Source: Anaerolineae bacterium (lineage in GTDB: Bacteria > Chloroflexota > Anaerolineae > VGOG01). From it: DNA of 64,000 bases. How positions within the stretch are numbered: the first letter of the stretch is position 1; each line of letters opens with the position of its first letter. Made by a program: the position numbers and the translations under genes. Positions 47,350 through 57,215 of this stretch are shown piece by piece. The notes below the pieces were generated by a model. It saw nothing but the letters and a program-made list of their open reading frames with translations, did no database searches and was not told the origin of the DNA. Where the stretch lies: assembly GCA_049589355.1 (NCBI GenBank), contig JBAWAP010000280.1, positions 32-64,031 on the forward strand, in the 5' to 3' direction.

Positions 47350-48570
47350 ATGTCGAAGCTGTTGCACGGTTGTCTCAGATTGACTGTTGTGGCTTTGCTG
47401 GTGGCTTTGATTACCAGTGTGGCTTTTCTAGCGGGCTTTGTAGCAAGGGCTTCCCTACCACCCACCCTTACTGCTGTAGCTGTGGGGCCTGATAGCAGCG
47501 AGGAAGAAGCCTTTCGCATCTTTTGGGAGGCCTGGGATATTCTGGAGCGCGATTTCTACGGTGACTTGCCGGATGCCCAGGAGATGGCCTATAGCGCTAT
47601 CCGTGGAGTGATAGATGGCCTCGATGATAAATACACCGCTTTCCTAGATCCCAAGATAGCTTCCATCATCAGAGAGGATATGTCAGGCGCGTTCGATGGC
47701 ATCGGCGCTGTGATTGACATGAATGACGAGGGCAAGCTGGTGATCGTCCAGACCTTCGATGGCAAGCCAGCAGCACGGGCTGGCCTTAAGCCCGGTGACA
47801 TAGTCCTTGCTGTAGATGATACGATCATTGAAAAAATGAGTATCTTCGAAGCCGTGGGTCTAATCCGAGGACCGGCAGGCAGCGTAGCTCGCCTGACGAT
47901 AAAACGGCAGGGCCTCGAAGATCCCTTCGTTGTCGAAGTAGTCCGGCAGAGAATCGAGGTTCCCGTCGTGGAATCGAGGATGCTGGATGGTGACATCGCC
48001 TATCTCAAGCTTTCCGAGTTCAATAGTCAGGCTACGAGTGAGCTCAAAGCGGGCTTGCGGTCTCTGCTGGCTGAAGAACCGAGGGCCCTGGTCCTCGATC
48101 TGCGCAACAATCCAGGGGGCTTCTTGGATGTGGCCGTAGAGGTGGGCAGTCAATTCGTTAGCGAGGGATCTATCCTCGTGGAGACATTCAAGGATGGCCA
48201 AAGTAGGGATTATCCTGTCCAAGGGGGCGGGCTCGCTACCAATATACCTTTAGCAGTGTTGGTTAATGGTGGTACTGCCAGCGCCTCGGAGATTGTGGCT
48301 GGCGCCATTCAAGACACTAGCCGGGGTCTACTGATTGGTGAGGAGACCTTTGGCAAGGGATCAGTCCAGCTCTCCCATCAGCTTAGTGATAACTCCGAGT
48401 TGCGGGTTACCTATGCATATTGGCTTACGCCCAGCGGACGTGCCATTCACGATAAGGGTCTTGTTCCCGACATCCAGGTGGACATGACCGAGGAGGACAT
48501 TGAGGCTGGCCGTGATCCACAATTGCAACGCGCGGTTGAGTATTTGCGAGGATTAACAAGTGAAGGGTAA
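47350..48570 (+). CDS. ctpA: Carboxyl-terminal processing protease (S41) with PDZ domain
   Basis: PDZ (..[13 protein letters not shown]..), S41 (..[12 protein letters not shown]..). Confidence 0.9.
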   Translation: MSKLLHGCLRLTVVALLVALITSVAFLAGFVARASLPPTLTAVAVGPDSSEEEAFRIFWEAWDILERDFYGDLPDAQEMAYSAIRGVIDGLDDKYTAFLDPKIASIIREDMSGAFDGIGAVIDMNDEGKLVIVQTFDGKPAARAGLKPGDIVLAVDDTIIEKMSIFEAVGLIRGPAGSVARLTIKRQGLEDPFVVEVVRQRIEVPVVESRMLDGDIAYLKLSEFNSQATSELKAGLRSLLAEEPRALVLDLRNNPGGFLDVAVEVGSQFVSEGSILVETFKDGQSRDYPVQGGGLATNIPLAVLVNGGTASASEIVAGAIQDTSRGLLIGEETFGKGSVQLSHQLSDNSELRVTYAYWLTPSGRAIHDKGLVPDIQVDMTEEDIEAGRDPQLQRAVEYLRGLTSEG

Positions 48571-49030
48571 ACAGAAATTAGTTGCTACCAACCGCAAGGC
48601 ACGCCACGATTACTTTATCGACGAGACCTATGAGGCTGGGATTGTTCTCACCGGCACGGAGATCAAGTCAGCGCGAGTTGGTCGTGTCAATTTGCGAGAT
48701 AGTTATGTCCAGGTGAAAAACGGCGAGCTTTGGCTAATAGATACCCACATCGCTCCCTACGAACAGGCCGGGCACAGCAGCCATGAGCCCAAGCGCCCCC
48801 GCAAGCTGCTGATGCGTCGCCGCGAGATCAACTGGCTAGAGGGCAAAGTGCAAGAGAAGGGCTACACTCTCGTTCCTCTACGTCTTTACCTTAAAGACAA
48901 CAAATGGGCCAAGGTAGAGATCGCCTTGGCCCGGGGCAAGAAGCTCTACGACAAGCGCCAAGCCATCCGTGAGCGCGATGCCCAGCGGGAGATGGAGCGT
49001 GGGCTAGTTAGACGGAGTAAGAGATTATGA
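48560..49030 (+). CDS. smpB: SsrA-binding protein
   Basis: ..[23 protein letters not shown].. canonical SmpB. Confidence 0.95.
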   Translation: MKGKQKLVATNRKARHDYFIDETYEAGIVLTGTEIKSARVGRVNLRDSYVQVKNGELWLIDTHIAPYEQAGHSSHEPKRPRKLLMRRREINWLEGKVQEKGYTLVPLRLYLKDNKWAKVEIALARGKKLYDKRQAIRERDAQREMERGLVRRSKRL

Positions 49031-49060
49031 CAATACAGGCTGAGGTCTTGGGAGTCCCAG

Positions 49061-49089
49061 TTGCCGAGAATCCAGAAGTGTGCTATAAT
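49061..49089 (+). promoter_or_regulatory. Candidate promoter TTGCCG-17-TATAAT (extended -10 TGtGcTATAAT) for ssrA
   Basis: Seen directly ~14 nt upstream of tmRNA 5' end. Confidence 0.55.
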
Positions 49090-49102
49090 CTAATTGTAAT
49101 TT

Positions 49103-49468
49103 GGGGATGAAAGGTTTCGACAGGGAAGGCTGGCCAGGGATTGCAAGCCGAGGTGCCCTACCCTCGCGAAACAAGGGCAACTAAAAATAACTGGCGAACC
49201 TCAACTCGCTCTGGCTGCCTAAGAGTGGCCACGTCTGTCCAGGTCTTCCCCGATAGACCTGGATCAGATGTCACAGAAAATCAGGGTGCGATGCTCTGGA
49301 TGGCGATAAGGAGCACCAAAGCCAAGCTAACAAGCTTGAATCGCCTAGTTTGAGCCAGACCCTGTCGGTCGGGGCTGACTTGAGCGAAAAGCAAAAGACT
49401 GACTAAGCTTGTAGTACATCCCAGGTCGAGCTCTCTGGACGCGGGTTCGATTCCCGCCATCTCCACCA
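49103..49468 (+). ncRNA. ssrA: tmRNA (SsrA); tag reading frame ends ..ALAA-stop (..gaacctcaactcgctctggctgcctaa)
   Basis: 5' GGGGATGAAAGGTTTCGACAGGG.., 3' tRNA-like end GGACGCGGGTTCGATTCCCGCCATCTCCACCA; located immediately after smpB. Confidence 0.9.
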
Positions 49469-49482
49469 AATACTCCACGAAA

Positions 49483-49540
49483 TAGAATGTCTGTAGGGAT
49501 CCCCTACCCCTACAGACATTCTATTTTCCCCCCTTCTTCC
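49483..49540 (+). terminator. Long hairpin AATAGAATGTCTGTAGGG..CCCTACAGACATTCTATT after ssrA
   Basis: Seen directly. Confidence 0.6.
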
Positions 49541-49657
49541 CTTACTACTATCCTGCCGACCAACCGCTCGTTTCGCATAGTATAATTTACCCCTTTCAGA
49601 ACTTTCAGCGAAGTGAATTTCGTAAAGACCTTGACTACGCGAACCACGCTGCTTCAA

Positions 49658-51625
49658 CTAAGCGCCCACATAGTCCCGCTTCAGAAGGCTACCGCGATCA
49701 ACGCCAAATACACCCAATAACTCCCCTATCAGCAATGCTTTCTGCTCAGCATCTCTTTTGGACCAGGTACGGCTCTTGATCTCTAAAAAGATTCCTTCGT
49801 AAGCTGGCTTAGTTAACCTATCAAGATTAACAGCAAAATGCACCCCCTTGTACCTGATGTGCCAGCGTTGCCGATGCTTATGAATTTCCTTCACAGTGTC
49901 CGGCTCAAAATACTCACAATAGAAGCGCAAAGTCCGATCGGCTTGGGAAGTGAAACGCGAGCGGGAGAGAAGGACTGAATTGTCAAATTCTCGCTCACTA
50001 CCTGACTCAACTAAGGTCAGAGTGTGTATGGACTCAGGCATCTCCTCCTCTTCCCTTACCACGTTATCCTCACGATGGCGGATGTACCCCTGGCTCTTGT
50101 CGGCGAAAAGCAAATAGGTATCATATTGATCCCGAACCGAGGGCCTCCACACCGCAGTAATATCTGGATGAGCCAGCCCTTCCCTGACGGCGGCTTCGCT
50201 TTCCACACGTCCTTTGACTTGCACTTCAAACGTTTCCTTCCACTCCAAACCACCAATAGCCACTAGTTTGTCCAGAAGGCTCTCCTCCCTTCGCATCATG
50301 AAAACGTTTACCCTATCAGCAATGCGTTGGACCTCGGCCATGATCATCTCTACGTCCATAGTAACAAGCTCTCTATCCTTCATCAATAACCGCCCATTCA
50401 CCAGGACATGACGCACATCAGCGCTCTTACCAGCATAAACCAATTGAGAATAGATATTGTCGGCCGATAGATTAAATTTCGGCGTGACGTGAAGGACATT
50501 CAGATCTACGACAGCCAAATCTGCCTGTTTGCCCACCTCAATCGAACCTGTGATATGATCCAGGTACAGGGCCCGCGCTCCCCCGATGGTAGCCATGTTC
50601 AAAGCAATTCGCGCTGGGACAGCCTTAGGGTCACGCGCCAGGCCCTTAGCTAAGAGGGCAGCCAAGCGCGTCTCCTCGAACATATCTTGGTCATTATTGC
50701 TAGCAGCGCCATCAGTGCCAATACCTACGTTCACGCCGAGATCCAACATGCGAGCCACCTTCGCCACACCACTTGCAAGCTTCAAATTGCTCGTCGGGGC
50801 ATGAGCTACGCTGATGCCTCTCTGTCCCAATAGCTTCATCTCTTCCTCAGTCAGGTACACACCATGAATAGCCAAAGCCTTGCTATCCAAGATACCGAAG
50901 CTGTCAAGACAAAATACCGGCGCGCAGCCGTAGAGCTGTTGTGTGCCCTCCACGTCCCCCTCCGTCTCCGAGATATGGATGAGTAGAGGTACATCGTATT
51001 CCTGGGCTAGTCGCGCCGTCTCCCTCAAGATCTCCGGTGTGCATGTATACGGTGAGTGCGGACCGACAGCAGGCACGATCAGGTCATGTCCCTTCCACCC
51101 GGCAACGAATCGCCGACAGTATTCCAAGCTCTCGTCGTAACTAGCCGCATCAGGGGTGGGCAACTTCATGACCGTTTCAGCACAGACCGCCCGCATGCCC
51201 GCTTCCTGTGCCGCCCTAGCCACCTCGTCCTCGAAATAATACATATCGGCAAAGCAAGTCACGCCTGAACGGATCATCTCTGCACAAGACAACAAGGTAC
51301 CGTAATAACAGGACTCCTCGTTGACGAATTCCCTCTCCACTGGCAGCATATAGCCATAAAGCCAGACATCGAGGCGCAAATCGTCCGCCAGACCCCTGAG
51401 CAGGCTCATGGGCGCGTGAGTGTGAGCGTTGATCAAGCCAGGCATAACCACCTGCCCAGCGCAATCTAACATCTGCTCAGTCTCGTACCTTCCAGCTAAA
51501 TCGGCCACTGGCCCTACAGCGACTATCTTGCCATCCCTTATGGCCACTACCCCCTGAGGAAAAACCTCCATGCCCTCATTCATAGTAACCACGGTGCCAT
51601 TTACCAAGATCATATCCGCTTTCAT
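49658..51625 (-). CDS. mtaD: 5-methylthioadenosine/S-adenosylhomocysteine deaminase (amidohydrolase, MtaD-like) fused to a ~215-aa C-terminal domain of unknown function
   Basis: N-terminal 440 aa: ..MPGLINAHTHAPMSLLRG.. metal-dependent amidohydrolase; the C-terminal third (..WKETFEVQVKG..FLEIKSRTW..) has no deaminase counterpart. Confidence 0.7.
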   Translation of the reverse strand: MKADMILVNGTVVTMNEGMEVFPQGVVAIRDGKIVAVGPVADLAGRYETEQMLDCAGQVVMPGLINAHTHAPMSLLRGLADDLRLDVWLYGYMLPVEREFVNEESCYYGTLLSCAEMIRSGVTCFADMYYFEDEVARAAQEAGMRAVCAETVMKLPTPDAASYDESLEYCRRFVAGWKGHDLIVPAVGPHSPYTCTPEILRETARLAQEYDVPLLIHISETEGDVEGTQQLYGCAPVFCLDSFGILDSKALAIHGVYLTEEEMKLLGQRGISVAHAPTSNLKLASGVAKVARMLDLGVNVGIGTDGAASNNDQDMFEETRLAALLAKGLARDPKAVPARIALNMATIGGARALYLDHITGSIEVGKQADLAVVDLNVLHVTPKFNLSADNIYSQLVYAGKSADVRHVLVNGRLLMKDRELVTMDVEMIMAEVQRIADRVNVFMMRREESLLDKLVAIGGLEWKETFEVQVKGRVESEAAVREGLAHPDITAVWRPSVRDQYDTYLLFADKSQGYIRHREDNVVREEEEMPESIHTLTLVESGSEREFDNSVLLSRSRFTSQADRTLRFYCEYFEPDTVKEIHKHRQRWHIRYKGVHFAVNLDRLTKPAYEGIFLEIKSRTWSKRDAEQKALLIGELLGVFGVDRGSLLKRDYVGA

Positions 51626-51781
51626 GTCGCCACCCTTTGTCAGCTATTGCCTTTCATTATAAATGCTTTCGCCAGAATTGACAAGCTTTGACAAGTTTCT
51701 CATAAATACGCAGGTGTGCTATAATATTGGATGTTTTTCAACCAACTATCATCGCCGATGCCAGATCAAGGAGATCCCTAG

Positions 51782-53131
51782 ATGCGCGCTATTGACATCA
51801 TCGCCAAAAAAAGAGACGGCCATCACCTTACCGCCGAAGAGATTGACTTCTTCGTCCAGGGTTTCTCTCGTGGAGAGATACCCGATTACCAGGCAGCATC
51901 TCTGCTGATGGCCATTTATCTAAAAGGTATGGACGTGCAGGAAACCGCACACCTTACTATGTCCATAGCTCACTCAGGTCGGATGTTGGATCTCTCACCA
52001 ATAGCACCCCTCGTGGTAGATAAACATTCCAGCGGCGGTGTGGGCGACAAGACCACTTTGGTAGTCGCCCCTCTGGTAGCAGCCACCGGATTACCAGTAG
52101 GAAAGATATCGGGGCGTGGCCTAGGCTTTACTGGCGGGACGCTGGATAAGTTGGAGTCCATTCCTGGCTTCAAAGCTGACCTCTCTGCCGACGAATTCAT
52201 AGCCACGCTACGCGATTGTGGTATCGTCGTCGTCGGGCAAACGGCCGACATGGTCCCGGCCGATGGCAAGTTTTACGCCCTGCGCGATGTGACGGCCACA
52301 GTAAGCAACATCTCCCTCATCGCTAGCTCCATTATGAGCAAAAAGATAGCCAGCGGTGCTAACGCCATCGTCCTAGACGTCAAAGTGGGCCTCGGAGCTT
52401 TCATACACACCAGGAAAGAAGCGATGGCGCTGGCTCACACGATGGTAAACATCGGCCAGGCGCTGGGCCGCCGTGTGACGGCCGTCATATCCGATATGGA
52501 CCAACCCCTCGGTCGGGCTGTGGGCAACGCCCTGGAGCTTAAGGAGGCCATAGACACCTTACACGGCCATGGTCCCGCCGATTTTCTCGAACACTGCCTG
52601 GTCATCGCCAGCCAGATGCTAATCTTGGCCGAGCGAGTGCGAGGCACCCAGGAGGCCCGCAAGCTGCTGCTGCACGAACTGGACAGCGGCCATGCTTGGC
52701 GTAAATTCCACGATTGGATAGCAGGCCAGGGAGGCGACGAGGCTTTCATTACCGACCCCACCCTACTACCACAGGCCACATTTATTGAGCATCTGTCATC
52801 CCCCCGCTCCGGCTACATAGTTGGGCTCAATGCCATGGAAGTTGGCCTGGCGACGGTCCTTATCGGCGGTGGTCGAACCCGCAAGGGAGATCGAATTGAC
52901 CACGCCGTGGGCGTAGTTCTCGCTAACAAGATCGGCGATTATGTCAAAAAGGGCGAGCCGCTGCTAACTATCCACGCCAACGATGAACAAAAGCTAACCG
53001 AGGCCAAACGAAGACTCCTAGACGCTTACTCCTGGAGCGATGAACCTGTCGAGCGTCCACTCCTCATACACGAGATCATAAGCGACGAAAGTCAAAGCTC
53101 AAAATCCAAAATTCAAAGTTCAATGCGGTAA
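51782..53131 (+). CDS. pdp: Pyrimidine-nucleoside (thymidine) phosphorylase
   Basis: ..IIAKKRDGHHLT.., ..DKHSSGGVGDKT.. canonical. Confidence 0.9.
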   Translation: MRAIDIIAKKRDGHHLTAEEIDFFVQGFSRGEIPDYQAASLLMAIYLKGMDVQETAHLTMSIAHSGRMLDLSPIAPLVVDKHSSGGVGDKTTLVVAPLVAATGLPVGKISGRGLGFTGGTLDKLESIPGFKADLSADEFIATLRDCGIVVVGQTADMVPADGKFYALRDVTATVSNISLIASSIMSKKIASGANAIVLDVKVGLGAFIHTRKEAMALAHTMVNIGQALGRRVTAVISDMDQPLGRAVGNALELKEAIDTLHGHGPADFLEHCLVIASQMLILAERVRGTQEARKLLLHELDSGHAWRKFHDWIAGQGGDEAFITDPTLLPQATFIEHLSSPRSGYIVGLNAMEVGLATVLIGGGRTRKGDRIDHAVGVVLANKIGDYVKKGEPLLTIHANDEQKLTEAKRRLLDAYSWSDEPVERPLLIHEIISDESQSSKSKIQSSMR

Positions 53132-54222
53132 ACGTACGTCTCTGGCTCCACCAAGTCGCCTTTGTCATTAAAAGTGATGGCACCGATCAGGCCTGGATAG
53201 TCTTGGAGAGCGCTCAACTCAGCGACAACACCATCCCTAGTAGGTCTTCCCTGGCACCCGATGGCCCTAGCTAAAGCCTCCAGGAGAACGCGAGTGGCAT
53301 CGTAGGCCATAATCGCCTGGGGGCCAGGCAAGCGCCCAGCTAAGGCCTGGTAGTCAGTCACAAAATCCCCAGAATTGACCAGCTCTTCAATTCTCGGCGC
53401 AGCAGTAATATAGAGGGTTCCTCTAACAGCCTCCCCTCCGATCTGTGCCACGTAGGGGCTGTCCAACCCACTACCTCCCATGAATATCGCCTCAATACCA
53501 GCCTCTCGCGCCTGGGTTATCAACTCCGCTCCCTCAACCGCTCCCCCGCTAAAGAAGACCAGCTCAGCAGACGTGAAACGCGAAACGTGAAACGTGAAAT
53601 CCACGTCAGTGTCTAGCATGATCGTAGCTCCCAACTGCTCAGCCATCAGAGCAAAGGCATCGGCCAGGTCATCGCGGCCGCGCAGGACAGCGAGGCGGCG
53701 CATTCCCAACTCCTTCACAACATGGCGAGCAGCCTCCATTCCCAGAAGCTCGTTGCGAGCATAGAGGCGAAAGACCTCAGGGTAGCCCCGCTCCGTCACG
53801 GCGTCCGCTGCAACTTGAGTAATCAGCGCCAGGCCAACCCGATGATATTCGTCCAGGGCAGCCAGAGCTGCCTCGTCGGAGAAATGGCCGATGACGCCCA
53901 TGACGTCAGGGTCAACGATCATCTTCTTGGCCTGCAATGGCGCCTGGGCCGGATCGTTGCCGTCGTCCAGGGCCACCAACTCAACCTTATGGCCACTTAC
54001 GCCGCCGGCTGCGTTGCGCTCTCGAACCGCCAGCTTCACCGCGTAGAGCACATCGTAGCCCAGGTGCCGATAGAGGCCCTCGAAAGGGGCCACCAGGCCG
54101 ATCTTGACCACAGGTTTGGTGCTGCCAAGCCCGGCGCAACTACAAATCAGCCACCCCAAAATGAAAAGCACGCCAAGCGACAACGCCTGCGTGCACTTCC
54201 CTTTGCTCATACGCCCCATCAC
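53113..54222 (-). CDS. ABC transporter substrate-binding protein (LivJ/branched-chain amino acid type, PBP family)
   Basis: Type-1 periplasmic-binding fold similarity; signal/TM at N-terminus; contains a GTGAAAC tandem repeat in the CDS. Confidence 0.75.
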   Translation of the reverse strand: MMGRMSKGKCTQALSLGVLFILGWLICSCAGLGSTKPVVKIGLVAPFEGLYRHLGYDVLYAVKLAVRERNAAGGVSGHKVELVALDDGNDPAQAPLQAKKMIVDPDVMGVIGHFSDEAALAALDEYHRVGLALITQVAADAVTERGYPEVFRLYARNELLGMEAARHVVKELGMRRLAVLRGRDDLADAFALMAEQLGATIMLDTDVDFTFHVSRFTSAELVFFSGGAVEGAELITQAREAGIEAIFMGGSGLDSPYVAQIGGEAVRGTLYITAAPRIEELVNSGDFVTDYQALAGRLPGPQAIMAYDATRVLLEALARAIGCQGRPTRDGVVAELSALQDYPGLIGAITFNDKGDLVEPETYVYRIEL

Positions 54223-54237
54223 CTTTGGATTTCGGAC

Positions 54238-55335
54238 CTACCGTTGATACTTCTGCTGGTTTTGAAGGTGTTCCTCGAAGGTTCTAGCGAAGGCATGAGA
54301 ACCATCGCCCTTAGCCATGAAGTACAGATAATCGCTCTCCACAGGCTCCAGGACAGCCCGAATCGAAGCCAGCCCTGGATTGCAAATAGGCCCAGGGGGC
54401 AGCCCTCGGTGGAGGTAAGTATTGTAGGGAGAGTTAACGCGGGCGACCTCTTCCAGCGCCAACGGCGTTTTCCACCATTGGCCCGTATCCTCCTGATAGC
54501 CCAAAGCGTACTGCACCGTGGGGCAAGCGTCCAAGGTCATGCCCGCCGTCAGCCGATTCAAGAAGACGCCAGCTATAACAGGGCGCTCCTCTGCCACCAC
54601 CGCTTCTCGCTCCACGATGGAGGCCAGAGTCACCACTTGATGGATAGTCATCTCTCGCTCCAAGGCTACCTGACGCAACTCGGATGTGAAGCGTTGATCG
54701 AAATTGGCCAACATGCGCTCAATTATGTCGAAAGCTGTGGGTTGGACTGGAAGGTAATAGGTATCAGGAAAGAGAAAGCCCTCCACAGTAGCCCCCGGTG
54801 GCCGCCCCTGTAGGAACCCGTAATCGAAATCCCCGCCTTGCACAAGAGCCAAAAACTCCTGGCTGTCCATGCCCATTTCTTCTGTCAACATCTCGGCGAT
54901 CTGCTCGGCTCGCCAGCCCTCGGGGACAGTCACCGCGATCTCCTCGAGGCGCCCGTGCTGCAGAGACTCAATGATCTCCTCCATAGTCATGTCTGGTCGC
55001 AGCTCATACCTGCCAGCCTCCAGCTTGCTATCGGCTTTATGGTAACGAGCTAACTGGCGGAAGAGCTCAGCGTCATTGATTAAGCCCAACTGCTTCAGCC
55101 GCAGAGCAATGTCACCCGCCGTCTCGCCCGGCTCTACGACAAAGACAATCGAAGTGGGATCATCGCTGGCTGGTTTGGAGATATCGCCCTGGTGAAAGGC
55201 CAGGTAGACCCTCAAGAGGAAGTCGTCCAGCGCCTCAGCAGCCGTGCCCCCTCCCTGGCTCAGACCACAACACCCCACCCCTACCAGCATGAGCATCGTG
55301 AGGCCAAGAACCAGCATCGAGGTCCTCTTTTTCAT
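54238..55335 (-). CDS. mltG: Endolytic murein transglycosylase MltG (YceG family)
   Basis: ..[13 protein letters not shown].., ..FPDTYY.., ..LASIVEREA.. YceG motifs. Confidence 0.85.
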   Translation of the reverse strand: MKKRTSMLVLGLTMLMLVGVGCCGLSQGGGTAAEALDDFLLRVYLAFHQGDISKPASDDPTSIVFVVEPGETAGDIALRLKQLGLINDAELFRQLARYHKADSKLEAGRYELRPDMTMEEIIESLQHGRLEEIAVTVPEGWRAEQIAEMLTEEMGMDSQEFLALVQGGDFDYGFLQGRPPGATVEGFLFPDTYYLPVQPTAFDIIERMLANFDQRFTSELRQVALEREMTIHQVVTLASIVEREAVVAEERPVIAGVFLNRLTAGMTLDACPTVQYALGYQEDTGQWWKTPLALEEVARVNSPYNTYLHRGLPPGPICNPGLASIRAVLEPVESDYLYFMAKGDGSHAFARTFEEHLQNQQKYQR

Positions 55336-55350
55336 AACAGGCTTCCCTCT

Positions 55351-55773
55351 CTATTGATTACTATAGTGTGAATCCAGGTAATCTTGCAGGATCACCGCCG
55401 CAGCTACGGCGTCAACTCTCTCCTGTTTCTTCTCGCCTCTCAGGCCCGCTTCCTTCATCAGCCTTTCAGCACTGACCGTGGAAAAGCGCTCATCCCATAA
55501 TAGCACCGGTACAGTAAGAGCCTTAGCCAAATCTGCGGCATAGCGCTCTACCCTCTCGGCCTGCGCCCCAGCCATCCCGTCCAGACTCCTAGGGTAGCCA
55601 ACTACAACCTTCTCTACCTCGTACTCCTCTATCAATCGAGCCACGATAGCAAAACCTTCCTGACGAGAGCCCCCCTGGATAACTTTTAAGCTACGAGCAA
55701 GAGTCTGACTCAAATCGCTGATGGCCACGCCAATGCGCTTCTCCCCAACATCCAAGGCCAAAACACGCATCAT
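55351..55773 (-). CDS. ruvX: Putative pre-16S rRNA nuclease / Holliday junction resolvase-like YqgF
   Basis: MRVLALDVGEKRIGVAISD.., ..LWDERFSTVSAERL..; the start at MMRV (55773) abuts the upstream gene end. Confidence 0.85.
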   Translation of the reverse strand: MMRVLALDVGEKRIGVAISDLSQTLARSLKVIQGGSRQEGFAIVARLIEEYEVEKVVVGYPRSLDGMAGAQAERVERYAADLAKALTVPVLLWDERFSTVSAERLMKEAGLRGEKKQERVDAVAAAVILQDYLDSHYSNQ

Positions 55774-57215
55774 TCCTCCTGGACCAAGACACTGATACGG
55801 AAGCCAAGCCACGGCATCCGTCCTGGCCAAGTGGGTGTGACCTCAATGATAGGGGCTTCCTCCAGGCGCAAGTTCTGACTCAGATAGTCCTCGGCCCAGT
55901 CCAAAGGTCGGCCCCGGATGGACTCTTTGACGGCACTCACATCAATCTGGGCCACTGTTGAGCCAGATCCTCTTACAACGAAGGATACTTTCCCATCCTC
56001 AATGCTGGTGATCTCGCCTCTCTGATATTCCAAGCCTTGGCTCGCCAATGCGAAACCATCTCGCATCTCAGCTTTGAGGGCTGCCTCGATCAGGGCATTA
56101 GCATCCTCCTCCTCAATGGCTATCCCGCCAAACATCACTTCCATCTCCAGGGTGAGAATGTCGGCCTGCTCCTCGACGAACTTGTCATACATTTCAGTCA
56201 CAATATGATCCACAGCCACGGACTCGGAGGACAAAAACTCCCCTTCCCCGAGCTGCTCGCTCAGCCGAGTCTGGACTCCCTGCTGTAATTGCTGCAAGAG
56301 TACGGCTTTGAGACGCTCCTGATCGGCAGTAGTGACCATCCCCACCTGCTTGACGCTGCCTCCCCGCATTTGCTCGGGATTGGTGACCTTAACTTGCAGG
56401 GAGAGAGGCCCCTCAACACTATTAATCAAGTTGGCCCCGACGTTGCCGCTGGGGCCCGGATCAATAGCGACCACCTCCCCCTCAACTGTGCCCCCTACTG
56501 TCTCTGGCAAAGTAACGTCCTCAACGGTAGTAAACCTGATAGTAGATCCGGTTGAGGTAGCGACCACAGTCCCTTTGGGAACGGTAACTGGCTGGTTTAT
56601 CTTGTTCACGAAAAGGACTTTCCCTCCAGCCGGCTCATCAGGGGCATCTTTTGTTCCAGTAGTAGGAATCTGAGCGGTTCCCTCGATCTGAGCTTTTACC
56701 ACCCGGGCTGGGATCTGGCCTGTCTCATAGTTGATCCTTTCCAACTCAGGGTCGGCTTGAACCTGCAGTGTTGCATTAACCGCCTCACCAGCCGGGACCA
56801 GAATGACCTCAGCGCTAGGCACGATCAAAAGAGCACTCGCCAATAGAGCCGAGAGGGCTACGACAAAGACAAAAGCAGCAAATATGCGCTCCCCCCAGCT
56901 CAAGCGCCTCCCCTCCCTCGGAATTGCCTTCGGTCTGCGCCACTTGGCTTTCTGGCCCCGCGTCGCCGAAATGAAGACCGAGAAGCCCAACTGACGAGCC
57001 AGAACCCGTGTCTTGCTGGCCTTGGTGACAAGAGCTACCTCCAAGGCCAGAGACTCCGCGTAACGTTGAAGCAGCTTCAAATCGAGCAAGCTGTCGAAGG
57101 CTTGACATCCTGGCGGCACGACCAGAAGCACCCGTGGGGCCTCGGCCTTTTCTAGACGGGCGCGCAGGGTAGTGATATCGTCGTCAACTTCCAGGTGAAT
57201 AACCTGTGTCATCAA
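55770..57215 (-). CDS. Hypothetical membrane-anchored protein (481 aa) between alaS and ruvX
   Basis: ORF with a single TM (~aa 115-140); no family recognised. Confidence 0.4.
   Translation of the reverse strand: MMTQVIHLEVDDDITTLRARLEKAEAPRVLLVVPPGCQAFDSLLDLKLLQRYAESLALEVALVTKASKTRVLARQLGFSVFISATRGQKAKWRRPKAIPREGRRLSWGERIFAAFVFVVALSALLASALLIVPSAEVILVPAGEAVNATLQVQADPELERINYETGQIPARVVKAQIEGTAQIPTTGTKDAPDEPAGGKVLFVNKINQPVTVPKGTVVATSTGSTIRFTTVEDVTLPETVGGTVEGEVVAIDPGPSGNVGANLINSVEGPLSLQVKVTNPEQMRGGSVKQVGMVTTADQERLKAVLLQQLQQGVQTRLSEQLGEGEFLSSESVAVDHIVTEMYDKFVEEQADILTLEMEVMFGGIAIEEEDANALIEAALKAEMRDGFALASQGLEYQRGEITSIEDGKVSFVVRGSGSTVAQIDVSAVKESIRGRPLDWAEDYLSQNLRLEEAPIIEVTPTWPGRMPWLGFRISVLVQEE

Noticed and set aside
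49141-49478. ORFs 49141..49353 (+) and 49281..49478 (-)
   Set aside because: Lie entirely within the tmRNA gene
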